Below, one piece after another: positions 7,951 through 11,529 of a stretch of DNA of 11,529 bases. Positions within the stretch are counted from its first letter, which is position 1. The number at the start of each line of letters is the position of its first letter. A model generated the notes under the pieces. That model was given only the letters and a program-made list of their open reading frames with translations. It had not been told where the DNA came from and made no database searches. The stretch is from Octopus sinensis (taxonomy: Eukaryota), in contig NW_021826961.1 in NCBI RefSeq assembly GCF_006345805.1, forward strand, positions 1 through 11,529, read 5' to 3'. Both the position numbers and the translations under genes were made by a program.

Positions 7951-8352
7951 AGGCAGTGGCTCTCATGGCTTTTGATCTTAACTGATTGGAAGTGTCAGCA
8001 TGTACATTGTTTTGTCTATAAAAGATGGGTTTTACAGCAAATATTCTGCTCAATACCACAGATTTGCTTGTCAGTTGTTTGACCTTAACCAGTTGAGCAT
8101 GTCCCTTTCTATGGTCATTCAAAACCGTCCAAGGGTGGTTGTGCACATCTTTACATTTCCCCGGTCACCCAACAAAGCCATTAAAAAAAATCAATAGAAG
8201 TGACTTTTTTGTGAATTTTCTATCCAAAACCCAATCAAAATGCCCGAAACTTGATACGCCATTTGAATGCCAGCTAGCTGTATGTGATTGGTCGGAGATT
8301 TGGACAGTACTCACGGGTATGTGCGCACGCACGCAGCTGTATATGCATGCAC

Positions 8353-8389
8353 TAGCACTATGACCCAGCAATGCCGGGTCATAGTGCTA
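8353..8389. repeat. Palindrome/hairpin with 14-bp perfect arms; possible Helitron-like terminus
   Basis: TAGCACTATGACCC 8353-8366 pairs with GGGTCATAGTGCTA 8376-8389. Confidence 0.75.
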
Positions 8390-8390
8390 T

Positions 8391-8792
8391 TCTTTATTCT
8401 TTCTTTTACTTGTTTCAGTCATTTATGACTGCGGCCATGCTGGAGCACCGCCTTTAGTCGAGCAACTCGACCCCGGGACTTATTCTTTTGTAAGCCCAGT
8501 ACTTATTCTATCGGTCGCTTTTGCCGAACCGCTAAGTAACGGGGACATAAACACACCAGCATCGGTTGTCAAGCAATGCTAGGGTGACAAACACACACAC
8601 AAATATATATACATATACATATATACATGATGGGCTTCTTTCAGTTTCCATCTACCAAATCCACTCACAAGGCTTTGGTTGGCCTGAGGCTATAGCAGAA
8701 GACACTTGCCCAAGGTGCCACGCAGTGGGACTGAACCCAGAACCATGTGGTTGGTAAGCAAGCTACTTACCACACAGCCACTCCTACGCCTA
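8391..8792 (-). mobile_element. Full-length tRNA-derived SINE
   Basis: Near-identical to 4002-4409, with A and B boxes intact. Confidence 0.92.

Positions 8793-8793
<1 letters not shown>

Positions 8794-8855
<62 letters not shown>
8794..8855. repeat. Pure (TTA)n microsatellite, ~20 units
   Basis: Directly visible. Confidence 0.95.
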
Positions 8856-9378
8856 GGTAATTATATTGATGGAGGATGTTCTGCTTTGTCCAAATAACCC
8901 CCTTTGAGTTCGTCGAGTACCACTTGAAGAGGAAGATATTGGTGGTGACGCGGACGGTGGGGGGAAACTATTCTGCCCCCCCTCCTCCCCCTCCATCTCC
9001 TCCTCTCCCTATAAAGTAGATGAAAACCTGGTTGAGAGCTGCAAAAACATGGCCTTGGTCGCTGGCCATGGAAATTGTGTGAAGTTCGAGAGGAGAACGA
9101 CACAAAAATGCTTACTGCAAAATGTTTATATGGTTGGAATTTTTACCGAAAGCATATTTTTGGAATTGATTGTCAGTTCCAGAAAACTTATTCTCTGTGT
9201 GTGTGTGTGTATACATGTATTTATATATGTGTATGTGTGTCTATGTATGTATGTGTATATGTAATTGTATATATGTATCTTTATATGTATTTATGTAGAT
9301 GTGTATTTGTACATGTGGATGTGTATATGTATATATGTATGTATGTATGTGTGTGTATATATATGTATATATATATAG

Positions 9379-9593
9379 TTAATCCAAACATGAAAACACA
9401 AAGAGAAAACACAACAATGCGAGGACATGGAACAAGTATAGTGTTATTGGATGCTCAGGAAAGAAGGGAAGAAGGAGGTTTAACGTTTCGAGTGGAGCTC
9501 TTCGTCGGAAACATAGGAAAAGGAAAGATCCAGAGAAGGGAAGACAGAAGAAAAAAAAAATCGCCAACGGTACACACGCGGTCACATTTTGAA
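9379..9593 (-). mobile_element. Family B HHR-bearing element (Penelope pseudo-LTR-like), ~215 bp, within (TA)n
   Basis: Minus strand: (TA)n-TTCAAAATGTGACC...HHR...GTTTGGATTAAC-(TA)n. Homologous to 10130-10290. Confidence 0.7.
9478..9512 (-). ncRNA. Minimal type I hammerhead-like motif with a CCGACGA core variant
   Basis: Minus strand: GTTT-CCGACGA-A-GAG(CTCCA)CTC-GAAAC-GTT-AAAC; helix I GTTT/AAAC. Confidence 0.55.
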
Positions 9594-9631
9594 TATATAT
9601 ATATATATATATATATATTTGTATGTATATA

Positions 9632-9870
9632 CTCTTTTATTTGTTTCAGTCATTTGACTGCGGCCTGCTGGAGCACTGCCTTTAGTTGAACAAATTGATC
9701 CGAGAACTTATTCTTTCTAAGCCTAGTACTTATTCTATCGGTCTCTTTTGCCAAACCGCTAAGTTACGGGGATGTAAACACACAAGCGTCGGTTGTCAAG
9801 TGATGTTAGCAGTACAAACACAGATGCACAAACATACATGCATATGTGTATATATATATATATATATATA
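9632..9870 (-). mobile_element. SINE 3' half (tail up to the internal TA tract)
   Basis: CTCTTTTATTTGTTTCAGTCATTTGACTGCGGCC...CGGTTGTCAAG...(TA)n. Confidence 0.88.
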
Positions 9871-10090
9871 ATAGGAATTAGAGATTATTCATTATTTTTA
9901 TATATATATTATATATTATATTAATTATATTAATATTATTTGTTATTTATGTATTGGTCTATTTCTATGACTGTTGAGTTGCCTAATAGTGGTTTTATCT
10001 CTAATTCATATTTTATATATTTGTACTGTGAAATTTGAGTTAATCCTAAATCTAATTTTTTCCTGTAAGTTTGGAGCCATACTCCCTAAT

Positions 10091-10122
<32 letters not shown>

Positions 10123-10129
10123 TATAATT

Positions 10130-10420
10130 TTAATCCAAACGGGAAACAAAAAAACAACAACAATGGAACAATTACAGTATTATTATTAATAGGCGCTCAG
10201 GAAATGGAAGCAGGGAGGTATGACGTTTCGAGCGGAGCTCTTCGTCGGAAACACAAAGAAGGAGAGAGAGAAGAAAGAAAGATCCCAGAGCGGGCAACAG
10301 GGAAAGAGAAAAAAGACGACTGGTGTTACGAGTTGCACATGGTGAAAGGCGGATGTTTACGAAACAAGAGCAAAGTGGGTTTTTAAAGGCAAAAGAGTGG
10401 AGACAAGGTTGGTAACGCAA
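10130..10420 (-). mobile_element. Family B HHR-bearing element copy 2; upstream extent (towards ~11165) uncertain
   Basis: TAATCCAAAC...TGGAACAA..ACAGT.TTATT...GCTCAGGAAA...CGTTTCGAGCGGAGCTCTTCGTCGGAAACA...AAAGATCC is shared with 9379-9593. Confidence 0.65.
10218..10252 (-). ncRNA. Minimal type I hammerhead-like motif with a CCGACGA core variant
   Basis: Minus strand: GTTT-CCGACGA-A-GAGC(TCC)GCTC-GAAAC-GTC-ATAC. Perfect 4-bp helix II and a GUC triplet. Confidence 0.55.
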
Positions 10421-11184
10421 CAGATGTGTGTGTATGTGTGAGTGTGTGCGTGTGCGTGTGTGTATGTGTGTGTGTGAGGCGAGATGAAAAACAAAAAAAT
10501 ATATGTGTGTTAGTGTGTTGCGTCTGTGTGTAGGCGTGTGAGGTAGGGCGAGACAGTGGTCAGCTTAGCAGACAAAGGTCAGTAGTAAGAAAAAGAAGGA
10601 AGGAGGAAGGGAGGGAGGGGAAGGGGTGGGGCCGTGTAGCGTGCCATCGTGTGTTGAGTAGTAGTGTGTGTGTGTGTCCAGTGTCGTGGTGGTATTAATG
10701 GCGAGTAGATTGAATGTGTGTAAGAGTAATGTATATATTTAAGCAATGTGGTATATGGTGCGCGTGTGTGTAACGAAAAAGGGGGGGGTTAAGGAAAAAG
10801 GACTCCAGCTGAGGGGAAGATGGAAGAGTGGTCCGCGGGAGACGGGCGTGGGAAAACCCAACGACACGCGACGGTCCCAGGAACGGGCGGGAGGTCACGT
10901 CGGGTCAAGAGCGAGGTGCATGCGGCGCGTATGCGTGCGCGAACCGGCGCAAGCGTGTGTGTGCGCGCGCCTGCGAGTATGCGCGTAAGTATGTATGTGT
11001 GTGGAGGTGTGAGTGTGTCTGTGTGTATGTCTGGGTGGCAGTGTGTCCGATGAATGTATGTGAGTCTGTGTGTATGTATGTGTGTGCATAGATGTATGTC
11101 CGTGTGTGTGTGTGTGAGTGTGTATGTATGTACGTGTGGGTGTGGGGAAGTGTGTGTATGTGCATAATATATATATATATATAT

Positions 11185-11268
11185 ATGACGGGCTTCTTTC
11201 AGTTTCCATCTACCAAATCCTCTCACAAGGCTTTTGTTGGCCCAGGAGTATAGTAGAAGACACTTGCC
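11185..11268 (-). mobile_element. SINE central part, probably the continuation of 9632-9870; head missing
   Basis: ATGACGGGCTTCTTTCAGTTTCCATCTACCAAATCC...TAGAAGACACTTGCC follows a (TA)n tract, as in intact copies. Confidence 0.85.
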
Positions 11269-11419
11269 ATATAATGTATATATGTGTGTATGTGTATATG
11301 TGTGTATATATATAAGTGTGTGTATATGTGTGTATATATATATGTGTGTATGTGTATGTATGCATGCATCCAGCCAGACAGTCAACCAGCTTGAGGCTAT
11401 AGTAGAAAGAAACTTGGCA

Positions 11420-11500
11420 GTGGCGATGGTGGTTGTGGTAGTGTTGATGTTGTTGTTGTTGGTGGTGGTGGTGGTGGTGGTAGTGGTGGTGGTTGTGTGT
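11420..11500. repeat. (GGT)n/(GTT)n microsatellite
   Basis: Directly visible. Confidence 0.9.
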
Positions 11501-11529
11501 ATGGCAGCAATGATGCTTTTCATAAATTA

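Noticed and set aside
7950-8108. Segment that looks like a dispersed repeat next to (TAA)n
   Set aside because: Only one copy in the window and no diagnostic structure, so it cannot be classified from the sequence alone.
9971-10040. CTGTTGA...GAAA as a further hammerhead
   Set aside because: Core A6 is missing and no convincing helix I, II or III pairing was found.
10789-11523. 244-aa minus-strand ORF
   Set aside because: It runs through (ACC)n, (CA)n and SINE sequence; compositional artefact.

Overview
Eukaryotic, repeat-dominated, apparently intronic or intergenic DNA. The SINE family and microsatellite load suggest an Octopus genome (recognition from memory, not a database result). No intact protein-coding gene can be supported: most ORFs in the track are microsatellite or SINE read-throughs. 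The only real protein homologies are two non-LTR retrotransposon 3' fragments, one CR1-like (+) and one R4/Dong-like RLE domain (-), nested inside an old SINE. The window also holds about 8 tRNA-derived SINE copies or fragments, a hAT-like MITE relic and a 14-bp hairpin. The most notable signal is five hammerhead-ribozyme (HHR) motifs in two families of short elements bounded by (TA)n, resembling Penelope pseudo-LTRs or retrozymes. Family A (185-272 +, 6463-6550 -, partial at 391-420 -) has a canonical core, an unusually long helix II and a palindromic helix III. Family B (9478-9512 -, 10218-10252 -) is a minimal HHR with a CCGACGA core variant.
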